Source: Octopus sinensis
Taxonomy: Eukaryota
Reading direction: 5' to 3'
Assembly: GCF_006345805.1 (NCBI RefSeq)
Contig: NW_021833079.1
Coordinates: 72,814-136,813 of the forward strand
DNA length: 64,000 nt
The notes beneath the pieces were generated by a model. The model did no database searches. It had not been told where the DNA came from and was given only the letters and a program-made list of their open reading frames with translations. The translations under genes and the position numbers were made by a program. Positions 33,060 to 47,046 of the stretch are shown one piece after another. Within the stretch, counting starts at the first letter, position 1; each line of letters opens with the position of its first letter.

Positions 33060-35440
33060 GCTTTCGTCAAGGTGCAGTTCTCTGTTTTTGCTGACTAAAT
33101 TTCAAGAAAGGACAGGATCGGTGAGCATCAAACGAGATGCTTTCAAGAGTCTTCTTAAAAACAGTTGACTGAAAATAAGCTTGTAAATAATTAAAAAATT
33201 GGATTTTTGATAGCTTTCTGCTTTCATTGGCAAGAGTTGAGATAGGTCGTTTTATATGCGTATCCAACTCTGTCAACTGTGTTTTAATCGTCATTTCCAA
33301 ACCTCTTTTAATTGGGAGTATAGAGTTTTTCAATAAATTATTTATTTTGTACTCCCTAACAGTGTCATTTTATTTGGCCTCCTATTTGTTGCATGCTCTT
33401 TTACTTTCTAGTATATTGTGAATAATCCAAAAACTTGAATAAGTAAATATTAATTATATAATCTTCTCCATCAGAAGTAGCGACTTCCTCTTTTCCTTTC
33501 GAGGTGCTGACAAACACTGGAGATGTTGTAATCACTCTTATTTGGTGATAAATCTCCTTTATTCTTCTTTTCAGTAAAGAGTCTTCCCTACGGTTTAACT
33601 TTGCTCCTATAAGAAGCAATCATCCTCTCAAGAGTTTTCTTTATAGTAAGTGATTGTATGTATGCATGTGTTCTCTCACTGATATAAAGCAAACGTAGAT
33701 ATTGTAAGCATTTCTGCATGAAGAATCGAAAAAACTTCTTTTGCAGACACCACTTCGGTGTTTTAAGTCCATAAGGAATCCAAGAAGCATAAGTTCACAT
33801 AAAACAAAAATTGAGCTCAATCGTCTTCCAAAATTGTTACGGGAAAAGTATAATCTTTGTTTGTTGGCTGGTCGAAAGTGCATCTTGTATTCTATTAATT
33901 TTGCTCGGATTCTATCGTCCACCATTTCATATTCAAATGGCACAATATCAACTAGTCCAATGTAATATTTTTACAGTCAAAGAGGGTGTTCATTAATTGC
34001 TTTGACCAGATTCACTCCATTCAGTTTTGTATTTGCTAGCCTTTTAATTCCCGTGATTACTTCTTTGTATTTGCTAACCTTTTAAATCGAGGATTATTTT
34101 CAGGATTTCCAGTTTAACTTTCAAGTACTCCCAGATACTTATATCAATCAATTTTGTCAAAAACTTTTACCTCCGTTGTTAACAATGCAGTGTTCACGGT
34201 TGATTTTTACAGATTTTTCTCCAGCCCAGCTGCACGGAAATAGCGATTCACCTTTTCCATCATTGGAACAGTAACATCCTCATTTTTGAGACGTTTAAGT
34301 CATCGATTAAGAGAAAATGATTAAATGAATGAATTTTTTATTAAAACGGAAAAGCCGAAAAAATAGAGAGAAAGTTAATGAGACAACGTATGCCTGTTCT
34401 CCGTTGTTTCCCTCTTTTTTTTAATTCGAGAGGAAAAGGCTCTCTCAATAACACTTCCAACCGTTTCCGTCCCGTCTTCCATCTCTTGAGGGATGGGTTG
34501 GTCTAGCTGGAGTCCATTTGCCAATTTGATGGCATATCGTCTCGTCTTTTCGATCTTAGTGATAATGCCATCCCTCTCAGCAGTAGGGTACCATCCCTCG
34601 AACCGGTAGGTAAGCAATGGTTCGACGCATGTTTTATAAACATATAAAAACGTTTCCGGACAAAGCTGGAAGTGAATTATGCTTCTGAGAATTTGAGCGC
34701 ATTTCCTTCTCCTTGAGTCGATGTATCTGAAGTAAGAGCCCTTGGATCCAACTTCAACCCCAAGGTATTTCAGGTTCTCCGTTGCTGTAAACCCATAGAG
34801 GTTTCTCGGGGGTTTTCGTTTAGCTCCCTGTTTTGCAATCCAAGTGGCGGTGCACTTTTCTTTTGCGAGCGTCAGTCCTTTTGAAATGCACCACTCTTCG
34901 ACTCTTGTCACGTATCCTTTTAATTTCCTCCACGAGATGTCTTTTCTCCACAAAGCATCCGTTATTAGTATGTCGTCCGCGTAGATCATGAGACGACTGG
35001 TAGGATCTTTCAGTTTTGGAATATCAGCAACGTAAATATTAAAAAGCAGAGGGCTCAATACCGAGCCTTGAGGTACCACTCTTTTAAGATCGACAGATTC
35101 CGACAAACGGTTTCCGCTATGACCTCCTCATTGATAAATAGGTCTTCAGCCAATTGACCGTTCTAGACCCGGGTTTGATTTTGGCGACACTTTCCAAGAG
35201 GCCCAGGTGCCATACGCTGTCAAAAGCTTTTGAGACATCGAGGCAGATAGCAATAGTCGCTGTATTGTTAGCAAGACTAAGCGAGATGACTTTCTCGAGT
35301 TCTCCGAAACAATCACCACAGGATCTTTTTCGTCGGAATCCCCACTGCTCCGCTGCAAATGCTTTTTGTTGCAGCTACAATGATTCCCAGTTGAATGAAT
35401 GAATGAGAAAATGATTTGTTGAGAACAACGGACTAACTTA
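33060..35440 (-). mobile_element. Degraded R4-like element interrupted by a LINE
   Basis: NHFLLIDDL at the insertion site, KYLG, NKQRLYFSRNNFGRRL, and AYFQSTVFKKTLESISFDAHRS as in the R4-A C-terminus. Confidence 0.75.
34323..35404 (-). mobile_element. 5'-truncated LINE (jockey/I/L2-like RT) with (ATTC)n tail
   Basis: EQWGFR, LDVSKAFDSV, PQGSVLSPLLF, YADD, KYLG; 12-bp TSD GAGAAAATGATT (34311-34322, 35405-35416). Confidence 0.85.
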
Positions 35441-36172
35441 AAATAATATTTACTTAACGATTGCTTATTTAATCAAAATGTAAATTTTAATCGGAATAAA
35501 TCCACACCAATAATTATTTAGCGATAGTTATAATTCGGGTGATTGATGACTCGTGTGTGCATGAAAAATGTAGTAATAAGCATTCCAATCATAAAGAACC
35601 CGAGTATGACCGCAGTCGCAATTTTATAAGGAAGAAATTTGTCGTAAGTCTAACAGTACAAATAAGTAGAAAAACATAAACTGTCGAATTTGATTGTTCA
35701 CATTTCATAAAAACCAAAAATAATGTTACAATAAGAGATGATAAAAATAAAAGAAAAGATGTATTTCTATATTAGTTAAATATTGAAAACAACCTTTTTT
35801 TGTATTGTTGAAGTGTGCAGCTAATAGAGCAGTTAGAATTGTCAGACTCCAAACAACAACAATTATTTGTAGGCCTATTCCAATAACCAATGGAAACATG
35901 ATTTAAAGTGCCAGTTATTGAATCGCTGAATTATTAATAACTAATTTAAATATTCTGCTAGTTTATGTAAATTCAAATTAAATAAAAAATTGATGTTTCT
36001 AGTTTTTTTAAGATTAAAAAAAGAAAGATTTCTTAGAAGTACATTATCACTTTCTTTGCCAATATCTATACCATTTTCAGTTCAATTCTGACATTTTTAT
36101 ATCAATTTCCACAAAACAATATTCAAATTTGACAATGCAATATTTAATTTAATTATTCCGATATTCAATATA

Positions 36173-38716
36173 CACCCCTCGTCACCGAAAACCGGACAAG
36201 CTATTTTTGATGATTTTATTAATTAAATATGAAAAATCAAAAACTTACGCTTAAATCAAAAACTTACGCTAAAACGATCATCGAGAACGGACATGGCTTT
36301 TCCAACGCATATCAATAGCCATCTTGCGTGGGAATTGCCATTCCATCTTGTCCTCCTAAACATTTTGACTTTAATTTAAACACTTGTGTTTCAAAAAAAA
36401 TATCTTTACTTAATAATATTAATTATGTTATTATAGAACTTATATTTAAAGCAGAATTTCAATTTATTTATGAGATGTAAAACCGGACAAAAATAAAAAC
36501 AAGTCATTTAGTAGTTAATATGCCCACCATTTGCACTGAAAATTTTGTAACATCTATTTTTCATAGACATTGCTAGTTTTTCAATAATTCTGGTGATATA
36601 TTATGTCGCGAGCGCGAGCCGCACATATCGACTTTTTTAAAGCTATTAAATGGAACAAAAAATATCAAATAACGTTAGTACCATTGAGATAATATTCCAA
36701 TATATATATATATAAAATCTATCTATATAATTTATACGGCGTACCAGAATCATACAACATTTTAATACCGTTGCACGCTTAGTTTCGTTTTGTTGTAACA
36801 ATGTCACAATCGAACCAAAGATGCTTTATTCAAGATCAATTTGAATATCAGGAATTAAAGAAAGTCCTGTCTGGGAGATTCCACAGACAGATGACAGATT
36901 CCGGAGACGAAGGCTTATTAAGAAAGCCGAATCTTTTGTGTTTATTCAGGGACACCTTTATCTGAAAGATGGAAACATTAACAAATTAGTGATTTCGTTG
37001 GACGATACTAAACAAATTGGACGATTATATGATTTTTTTGTTGGCTAAAAATTTTTTTGTATTTAAAAAAATAAAAACATGTCTAATTATTTTTTGTCTA
37101 ACTATTCGGTGATTAGATAACTATTGGATTTATAAGACGTCAGCCATATACTCATACATGTCAAGCTATTTTAACGATTTTCCGAAATTTTCTATCATTT
37201 AAAATATTTATCAAATTATCAGAATTTCCATTAAATTTATTTGGCAGTGTATTTTTTTTAATTTATAAAATTTAAAGAAAACTTTATAAAACAAGTTTTT
37301 ACATATTTTAGTGTGACATAAATATTTTGTTACCTTTCCAAATCTTTCGGACTCCAGCGCCCGTAAAAATCAGCGCTTCGATGGCTTTTTTTCTTTTTGA
37401 AAAAAAACTAAGTCCATTTTAAATATAATTAAATGTGCGCGTCGCGCTCGCGTGCTCGCTGCGCTCGCGACATATTATTCTATATTTCTGTTAATTTGTC
37501 CTTTAGTTCATTTTTGTTTTTGACTACATTTTTTGATAATTCTCTCTTCATTTCTGCCCATAGATGTTCTATGGGCGTTTAAATCCGGTGACTGAGCCAG
37601 CCATTGAAGTAAAATAATGTTTTTTTAATATAATCTTGTACTATTTTAGATTTATGGCAAAGTGCATTATTCTGTTATAAAATTAATTAGTCTATCCCGA
37701 ATTTTTTGGCACATTCAAATATATTATTGGATAAAATATTAGTATATTTTGCGCTATTTAGGATTCCATTAATAAAAACAAGATTACAGACTACTTTATA
37801 TGAGAAACTGCTTCAGACCATTACTTTTCCACCAACGAATTTTACAGTTGGGATAATATTGCATTTTTTGTATGCAGAACCATTTTCTCTATACACTATT
37901 TGATGCTTATTGGTATTAAAAATATCAAAAGACCATTCATCAATAAAAATTACCGACTTCCATGTCTCGTCGGAAATGCTTAAAAATGATTTCGTAATTT
38001 TACGTCTTAAAATTATGTTTTTTGTGGATAAAAGAGGTTTTCTTTTAGCAGCTCGGACATATAATCCTTTCTTATTTAAATTTCGAAATACTATTCTTGT
38101 TGAAATTTTTTTTGAACATAGTTTTAATTTTGATAGTAAGAGTTTTGCACTTTTATTAGAAGTATTATTTGATAGTTCTACTAAAATCAAAATTTCTTCC
38201 TCTGTCGATATTTTTTTTTCAGTTCCCGGATGTCTGTTAATTGATCCAGTTTTTTTGAATTTCTGAATCACATCTGATACAGTTGATTTTGAGACTCCTA
38301 TACTTGCAGGAATCATTCGATAAGTCACATTATGATTATAAAATGCAATAATTTGTCCTTTCAGGAAATCTAAAAGGTGACTTCTTCTTTAACTATACAT
38401 TTTTAGCTTCTTTTCAACGACTTTTAGATCTATAAAAGTTTTGTCCGGTTTTACATGTCATAATTTTTTTTTTTAAATTTCAAATCAATGTTAAAACAAA
38501 TTAATCAGAAATTAATCGGCCAGCAAGCCGGATGGAACAGCTGTTCCCATAATTAAATTGAAATTCTGCTTTAAATATTAGTTCTATAATAGCATAATTA
38601 ATAATTAATATACAATTATTATTAAGTAAAAATATTAAGCATAAGTTTTTGATTTTTCGTATTTAATTAATAAAATCATAAAAAATGGCTTGTCCGGTTT
38701 TCGGTGACGAGGGGTG
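36173..38716 (-). mobile_element. Tc1 transposon with long IR/DR-type TIRs; transposase pseudogene
   Basis: TIR CACCCCTCGTCACCGAAAACCGGACAAG with TA TSD; inner repeat AAACCGGACAA at ~36480 and ~38445; HTH plus AKRKPLLS, FIDEWSF, GGKVMV*; stops and frameshifts. Confidence 0.92.
36604..37472 (+). mobile_element. Non-autonomous Ginger2-like element inside the Tc1
   Basis: TIR TGTCGCGAGCGC; 5-bp TSD TATTA; N-terminal remnant FRRRRLIKKAESFVFIQGHLYLK like the other Ginger ORFs. Confidence 0.85.
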
Positions 38717-38799
38717 TAGATAATGTTTTGAATTTAAAAAAGTTGACAATTGGAGTCAACAACTTTTAATTCAGTTTTAATTTAATTCTTTTAACGGCG

Positions 38800-39350
38800 T
38801 AATCTTAAAGCTAGTATCCTCCACAAACTAGCGAGTAATCTTTAGACCATTTCCGTTCGGGAAAATTTCAGTGAATAATGTCAGAGAGATAACGAGAAGC
38901 CGAGCGAGGAGATAGGAATGCCGGAAAGCCCAGATCGGAATAGGAGCTCATGCCAAGGCCGCTTCAGCGCATCGATAGAGATGCCTAGCCGGGATCGTCG
39001 AAAGTCAGATCAGATTGCAAAGTGAGCTTGTACCGAGCCCAAGGATATGGTTAAAGTTTGACAGAAGGTCACCCCTTTGAAAACAGGGTGCATATCTTAA
39101 CGTGTAAAGGATCTTGGGGGCGGAAAAATAGTTTCGAAAAGGAAAAAAGCCACATGAGGCTCGATGTCTTTAGATAGATTTGAGATTTTTTCAGACAGTG
39201 ACCCGTGAAGAATGGAAGACCCATGGGAGCACCAGAATCGTCAGATTCGTTTTGGCTGTAATTTAAACGTCGGAAAGAATACTTCGGCATATGGAAGTTG
39301 CGAGTGCGAACAGAGTTGGATTTAGATGAATGCTCACAATTTCGGATTTT
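38800..39350 (-). mobile_element. Degraded CRE-like RT/thumb fragment
   Basis: Diverged match to 15960-16450 (GATAGGAATGCCGG...GATCGGAATAGG...CCAAGGCCG). Confidence 0.75.
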
Positions 39351-39859
39351 TTAAATTTTTTTACATTAACAATAATTTTTGACCTGTGAAATATTTGATT
39401 TAGATAGTCGTACTATTTGGAGTTATTCGTTTGTTAAAAACTTCACTGGGGATCTCTTACCTTCCGGTCTTAGCGTGGCGTTATGGGGTCCACCATGTCA
39501 GTTGGAAAATTCCAATCGGATATGGCAACGCTCAGGAGGCACTTAATGCCTACCGAAGAAGGACTTCTAGCTCTCAGACCCTGGGACATCGTCGTCTCAG
39601 GTCGATCATGCGGACAGGATCGAACCTTTCAGAAGGATCTCCCTCGTTTGGATCGGCGATCACGGGAATAACTATAATTAACTGGCTTTGCCCGTGTTTG
39701 GTCTTTAATAAAAATAAATAAAAAAACTTCACGATACGCTCGACTAGCCTCCGAATAGCAAGCCATTTCCTCACAGCGCGATCGACAAAGGTTCCAAGAG
39801 TTAAAATGACTTTCTTAAGTCGTGTCTTATCATTTATATATCCGTCGACCGAGCAAACA

Positions 39860-41850
39860 AAACGAAAAACAGAATGTTGATCAGCAAGCGCTATAACAAC
39901 TAAATTTACAAATGCTGGAAAAATCAATAAAACGATATCAGTCTTAATACTAATGCAGGAAAAAACGCTTCTGACGGTCATGAACGTATATGACCAACAA
40001 TGGATATAGCAATAAAATGTCCTGAAGAAGTCGAAAATTTTTACTAGAATCTTGACATGGCTATAGGCGATATGCATGCTCCTCCTCTCATTTTCCTTTG
40101 CAGATACGGGAATGAAAAAGTGGGAACACGTCCTAAGGATGAAAATTTTATCGGAGTTCATAGTAGAGGAACAAGCAACTCAAATGGCGCAGGTTTGGCA
40201 AATTTCTGCAGTGCATTGGACCTTTGTTGTGGAGCACGGCATTTACCCCCAACAAGACACATGACAAGGTGCGTGGGATAAATACATAACGAATGTGGAG
40301 ATTGTACCTATTTGCAATCAAATTAATTACATCATTTGTAAGCGTAATCTCAAATGCATATTGATGGACTCAAATTTCACGAAGTAATACTTCTATCGAG
40401 TGGGCATAAAGCAGTTTTCACTTGATTTAAATTTCATTTAAGTTAGAATTTGATCAAAAACAGTAGAAACACTCCTCTGGAAATCTAACCGTGCCAAACT
40501 GACATGCAAAGGATTCTACGCACAATAGATTTAATAAGAGTCGATAAATTTGTCTTAAAATTAAATTTAAATATAAACCTGATGATCTCTGGACTTGATT
40601 ATCAGACAGAATTAAAAACATGCTTGGTCGTTGCTAAAGAGTGTTTCAAGAAAACCGAAAACTGCCTATCTATATTACAAAAATTGGCATTCTATCATGA
40701 AACAGAAAAAGCTTAGATTTCGTATAGAGAATATAAAGCATGCAAATATCAAAACAGAACTAAAATATAAGAGGAACTCCATTCTACGGGATATAAAGAG
40801 TAGAATACGCCTGCTTCATCAAAGATCACTTGAAGAGTATGGCGAAAAAGTTGAACAGCTCAATTATGGCCCAAAAATGTTCCGAGATATTTGATTGCTA
40901 AACAGAACGAACAGGCCTAAGTAGTTAATTCCACACAATGACTATGAAAGAAAAATGTTTGATAAAAAAGAGATGGCCGGAAAAATTGTTGTCTACTTTG
41001 AATCCCTTTTCAAAAATGACATTGAGCATATATCTAAGTTTTTTTTTGAGATCATAAATGTCTAACTGTTCCAATTACTATCACAAAGATGCAAGTTTCT
41101 CTACGGAAATTGAATAATGGTACGAGTTTGGGTATTGATGTAATTAATGGAGAACTTTTAGAATATTCGCCAAGCTTACTCGCTCATCAGTTATGCGACA
41201 TACTAAACGGCATATTCACGGCATATACCAACGTTTCACATGGACAAGGAGTCCAAAGGGACAGAAACCAGGGAAATCGGTTGGACCATTAAAAAAATCT
41301 CAGACTTATAATTCTCTTATATCTTTACGATAACTATTTTCGTTAATTGTTCTTCACAGAATCTCTATTATCGTAGACAAATTCTTGTCTGTGGGACAAA
41401 GTGGGTTCAGTAGGAGAGACAAGACTGTAATCTACTCGTAGTGTTTTCTGCAAACCAATCATTTCAATTGGTTACTGATAGGAGTCACCATTTATACACT
41501 TAGTATAGTTGTCAAAAATAGCATTACGTGTCTACGACAACGCTAGTTCATTTTTCACGATTTGGGCCTTCCCTCTGTCCCCTGCAACTAGAATTTAACA
41601 ATTAGTAGACGAGTGCTGTTTGGGAACCCGAAAATATATCCTCTGTTTTTTGACTAAACATCGGTCATAAACTGGAGTAAAACAGTACATTTCTCTCGGT
41701 GCCTTGCTTTTCGACCTGGCAATTGACTAATCATTTTTGGACTGTCCTTCTGGGTTTTAAGCATTTTGGCAAAACTTTGTTTTTAAAGATGACGAATTTT
41801 GCAGACTGGTTTTTAGGACTCATTCAAACCTTTTGCTAACTACAGACAAA
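39860..41850 (+). mobile_element. Highly degraded RTE-like LINE (APE + RT remnants)
   Basis: TVMNVY...EEVENFY, FIGVHSRGTSNSNGAGLANFC, GTSLGIDVINGELL, QSGFSR. Confidence 0.65.
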
Positions 41851-42507
41851 TTAAAGAAATTAACTGGCACGAAATCTTGGCTTCAGAACTATTTAAGATT
41901 TTGAAACTCTTGCTTAACATGTACAGTGTGGCCTACCTCCACTGCACATGAAAACAACGGTACCTCGCTAAACGCATTCCAAGCAGCATGAACGGCGACT
42001 CTACTCGAAAACAATTCATTCAGAACTGGTTTTTTTCTCCGACTCGAATTTCATCAATACACAGTTTATAACTGCCGCTGCATAACCATAAAAGACGTGG
42101 AAAGACTACTTTTTCTCTTAAGTTTCTCTCCATACTTTACCGTCCAGATTGCTGGCATACCCTCTATCTCTGAACAAGCAGGTCTAGACCTTGGCAAAGA
42201 AGCAAAACCAAACAAAATGACTATATTTCCTTTTCGAGCAGGCCTTTCATTCTTGTAAGAGACAACGTGCACACGTTCTCATCTTCAAATATCATCCCAT
42301 AGGAAGAACGACCAGGGCACATTCCGAATAACGCTGAGCTTGCCACAAAAATAAGTACAAAATTCTCTCGGATCATCACTGTTTTACGCCTGTAACATTT
42401 GATACATGCCGGTAGCATTCGAATTCTTACGGGTATGATCACTGAACTCGAGAGGAGGATTGTTTTACGTAGTAATGAGAAACGCGGGTCATCAAGACAT
42501 TCAAACC

Positions 42508-42756
42508 TATAATCACCCTGAGTCAAGACCGCTAATTTTTTTAGATTATAATCACTCTGAGTCAAGACCGCTAATTTTCTATTTCGAAAAAACGAAATAG
42601 GGATTTTAGATTCAATAGTTTTTTTAACCGAAACGGTCCTTTCCATAATAAATAAACCAATTACAAAATAATTTTTTACAAGAAAAGTTTTTTTTAACTG
42701 AAACGGTCCTTTCCACAATAAATAAACCAATTACAAAATAATTTTTTACAAGAAAA
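42508..42756. repeat. Two adjacent local tandem duplications (39-bp and 70-bp periods)
   Basis: TATAATCAC.CTGAGTCAAGACCGCTAATTTT at 42508 and 42547; AAACGGTCCTTTCCA.AATAAATAAACCAATTACAAAATAATTTTTTACAAGAAAA at 42631 and 42701. Confidence 0.9.
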
Positions 42757-42763
42757 ATATCAA

Positions 42764-45228
42764 TCAATATAAAATAGGCGCAGAAATATCATCTAAAATG
42801 AAAAAAATAACATTTCTCACCACCAGCCTCATTTATAATAGAAACAATCAGTTTCTTTGCTACGCGACGTAATCGTTGTAATTCAACTGAAAACATAGCC
42901 AGAGCAGTAGAACAGGCCACAGCCGTATCAAATGTTAATTTAAGCTAAAATAAGCAATAGAAACCAACTTGTTGAGTAAACTTAGAGTTAACCAACAATG
43001 TCCTTGTATCTGGAAGTGCTCTTTTAACATCCAGATCCTACATAAATAAATCACCCAATCCACACCATAATAAAAAGTGATTTAACCACTATAAACTGAT
43101 CGGTAATCTCAGTTGGTTTAAGAATAAGTATGTGTTTGTCCTTTACAGTGTAAAGAACTTGTTCATAGTGATCAAAGACATCTTGGCTCATCTCAACAAC
43201 AACAAGCCGAGCAACACCTTACAGGTGCAAAAATATTACTAACCACGCTGTATTCGATGACTTTCAAAATATTTTGGATTTTCTGAAGTTACTTTTCCAG
43301 TAACAATTCCCAAATGGAGACAAAAGTTTCTCACCATTAAAAAACGACGAGAAAACTGTCAAAATATTTTTTAACTGTAAACCAAATCAACCAAGTCCTC
43401 TTCAGAAAAGGAATGCCCACTGCTGTCGTCATCAAAATCACCCTCTTTGAGTGGCGCGTCATATGAACAAATATGAAAATCAACGGCCTCAAATATCTGA
43501 ATATTAAAACAAACCTCATAGTGAAAGAAATGTCGATAAAAAACAATCCATGACAGTTTATATGTCTAAAGTCATTATAACTGTAATTACTCGATTAATT
43601 CTATCCAATTCTGAGCAGAAAAGTCTGTATAGTTTGTATAGACTGTTGTAACCAGAAAATGAACAAAGCAACAACAAATATATCCGCAAAGAAAAAGTTT
43701 TGCAAACACTTTCTACCATAATAGTAAATATAAAGCAAAAACCAAGATATGCTGACTCCTCTAATATATTTGTGACTACGTGGGAAAGATTTTCTCGAAT
43801 ATTAAAAGTGTCTTCCACCAGGACAAAAGTCTCCCGGCAGATAAAGAGAATTATATTTCCAGCCAAGCATGAGAACAGATTCGAGCTACTTGCAAGATGA
43901 ACAATCACTGATTCCATAAACACTCTCTGTCCTAAAAACTCGGCGTGTGAAGGATTTTCTTTATTTATTTGTGAATATATCCACCTGTCAATTGGTAACT
44001 AAACTTATTTGCAATTTCTTACCTCGTTAAAGACTTGCAAATTTTCAAAAACAAGGGCATGAGCTAAATTTTCCCGCCACTCGCTTGACTCAACGTAAGT
44101 AAAAGTCTGGATTATTAAGAATAAAGGTATGGACCAACGAGAATTAGAAGAATCAAAGCACAACTCGGAGTCACAAATGGTTGGTTCTTATAAGACATGA
44201 CTAGAAATATACTTTCGAGTGAAAATAATCGTATTCCACAACCAACGAGTATAAAATAAGTGGAATATAAACCCGTTCTCTGAAATAAGCACGGAAAAGT
44301 GTCGATATTTCAACACATGTTAACAAAATAATATCTTCGATATAGCATAGCTGATCTATATAGGACGAAAATAACGTGCAATTATTCTTTCTGTCCTGTT
44401 CCAGGTGAAAAGACTCAGATAGAATTGTATTTTTAATAAAACGGGTAAACCCTCCAAGATAGGTGAGGAGATGTGAATCACAAAGTAGCTTAACTATGAT
44501 TGGATCAGAGACTAAAATAAAGTCAAAAATCAACCTCTGAAAATATTTAGAAGCACATGCCGAATTACGGCCTGAACCATTGTATCAGGGTGATTAAAAA
44601 ACTTGACCGATTCTGTAAATAAGGGAAATTCATTAGAAATCTTAAATATGGATAATATGTCACCTCGTTGTAAAAGAATCCGGCGGTGTCATTAGAAAAA
44701 TGTAATGAAAGTACTTTTAAGAAGGATATATAATGATTAATAGCCTAAAGAATATTTGTATCAAAAATATAATTATTACCTCCTCCTCGCGAAAGTCAAA
44801 ATTATAGCTGATAAGATAATTAATTGTGTTGTTTGAGAGAAGTAAATCTAAATAATCAGATTTAATTACAGAGGATTTGTTTGTTTGTAAGACTTTCAAA
44901 TATAATGCAAAGATTCTGAAGCAAGCAGAGGGCAATCTCAGGATTATCAACAAGAATGTCTTTCATTATCGTAATAATGTTCATCTGCATAAATTGGCTG
45001 CATATGTTAAAGGATATTTAAAATCACTTTGATATTCCTTCTGACTGATTAGTTCCCCAAAGGAATATGCGGGTTACTTCATAAATTGTATTCGATATTG
45101 CTGTGCTGTCTGCGAGTTTGCCACATGAGAGCAATTCCATAAGTTCGCTGATCGTCAAAAAATAAATAATACAAAAATCTTTCTACAGAGGTAGTTTGCT
45201 TAGGCCTCCTCAGAAAACTGGGAATCAT
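42764..45228 (-). CDS. CLEC16A: CLEC16A / FPL-domain endolysosomal autophagy protein
   Basis: VTRIFLWGTNQ (cf. ITEILIWGDQ); LLSNNTINYLISYNFDFREEE; YIDQLCYIEDII...RERVYIPLILYSL (cf. HLDHLHYLNDIL...NRLFLPLYVYSL). The 3' end is approximate. Confidence 0.88.
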
Positions 45229-45820
45229 CGTAGCTGCAACAAAAAGCAAAAAATATAATTTTAAATCAAAATATTAAAAATAAAAAAATAATCAAGCAAT
45301 ATTACATTTCAATCAAGCGACAAAAGTATTTGAATTTATGAAAAATAAATACGTTCAGAGGAAAGATATTCAAAAACACAATCTACCTTTAGAATTTACA
45401 AATAAAACTTAAGATAATTTGGGGATTGAGCTTATTGGTTTATTCTGAAAAAGGATTTAGAACGTAACCCTAGATTTTATAGAACTCGTCGAGGACAAGT
45501 TCATATTTGTCTGATAAGTACCAAACCATATGTCACTGCGGCAATCACTGAAGAATTGTTATATTAAAGATATGGGGAAAGGTTAATGGCTCCAAATCGA
45601 TTTTTTTCTGTTTTCACATCTCATAACTTAGTCTAAACAAGCAATTAAAAAATCATTTATAGCATATTGAGCTGAAATGCGCTTATTTAATATTAAATGG
45701 AAAAAATACGACTTCATCTCAATGTTTCACTCATTTGGACATGTAGAAAAAAATAAATTGAGGGCACAAAAACAAAGTCATAATGTTATTAGAAAAAAAT
45801 AGAGTCAAAAATAATTAAAG

Positions 45821-47046
45821 CTATGATGGTCCTAGACAATCAGTACATCTCTCCATGCTATGATGATAGTTTTCCACCTGAAGATATATTTCAGAAAAGT
45901 TGAACTCCATCCTTAACTTTTCTGAACATTCAGCTACAATTCTTTGTGAGTCGACTTCGCTGTCTATCAAAAATTAATGCAATAAATTACCAATAGTTAA
46001 ATGAGCTGCAATAACAAGCTTAGAGTGTGTAAGGGACCATGCTCGTATATTATGGCATGAACGAACTCCAGAAACGCTGCTGAGGCATTTCCAAAGTAAG
46101 TTATAGTCAACTCCAACGGGGACCGCTAAAATTGAAAAATCAAAATACCTTCCATAAGCACAAAAAATATGTCTCTCATGACTGTATAAGTGCTGATTAC
46201 CACCAAAATTGAAAAAATAAAAGTACAAATTGGATCTACGATTTTTAGATTTGGCTAACATCATTTAAAGACAATTACTTTGAAATATATAATCAGAGCC
46301 GCAATAAAAACACCGATACTCTGAATTAAGTCTCCGATTACATGAATGAACGCAGCCGAGAGTCCAAGATGTTTTCCATGGCTTCTATGTGAATGTTCTT
46401 CTCCTGAATATAGCATAATTTACTACCCTGTTGAATCACATCGACTGATTTTGGCAATTCGTGGGAATGTTCGTGGCCGTGATGCAACACTGTAACCAAT
46501 CTAAACACTTTATAAAGTGTACTCTACATTATATTGAAGAATAATCCAGTTGATGCTATAATAACCATAATATTTGGGTTAATGTCATATTCGTTTCTCT
46601 TAATTCTGATAACAGCAGCGTATACGAATACGACAGTTAAGTTGATAAGTAACATTATGGAAAGTAGTGACGCAAGTACCTCTGTGAGTTTTAAAAGTAT
46701 AAATACCTATTCTATACCAACCAAAACTGAACTTTTTGGTAGAAGGTCGTGAGTGGAATACTAATGACAAGTAGCTCACCCCAACGCTGATGACATCAAC
46801 CAGCATATGTGAAGAATCTGTCATGATTGATATACTATTTGAAAGAATTCCACCTATTTTAAGAATCATTGATGTACCTATGAATTCAACTAATGTGAAC
46901 GTAGCAGACAAAATCAAAGCAATCAGAAGTTTCTTTTTCGCAATTCTTGTTTTGTTGTCAATTTCTCGAGGTGGATGGCAAGAACAATTGTTCGCCAGTG
47001 AAGTTGTTTCTGTAAAAATCATAGAACCAGAATTCAAATTCAGCAT
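45821..47046 (-). CDS. SLC30A: Cation diffusion facilitator zinc transporter (ZnT2-like)
   Basis: KKKLLIAL...EFIGGILSNSISIMTDSSHMLVD...FSFGWYRIE; HVIGDLIQSIGV; HNIRAWSLT; LQVENY...CTDCLGPS*. Confidence 0.92.

Noticed and set aside
42508-42756. CRISPR-like array
   Set aside because: Only two-copy tandem duplications without unique spacers; eukaryotic context; no cas genes.
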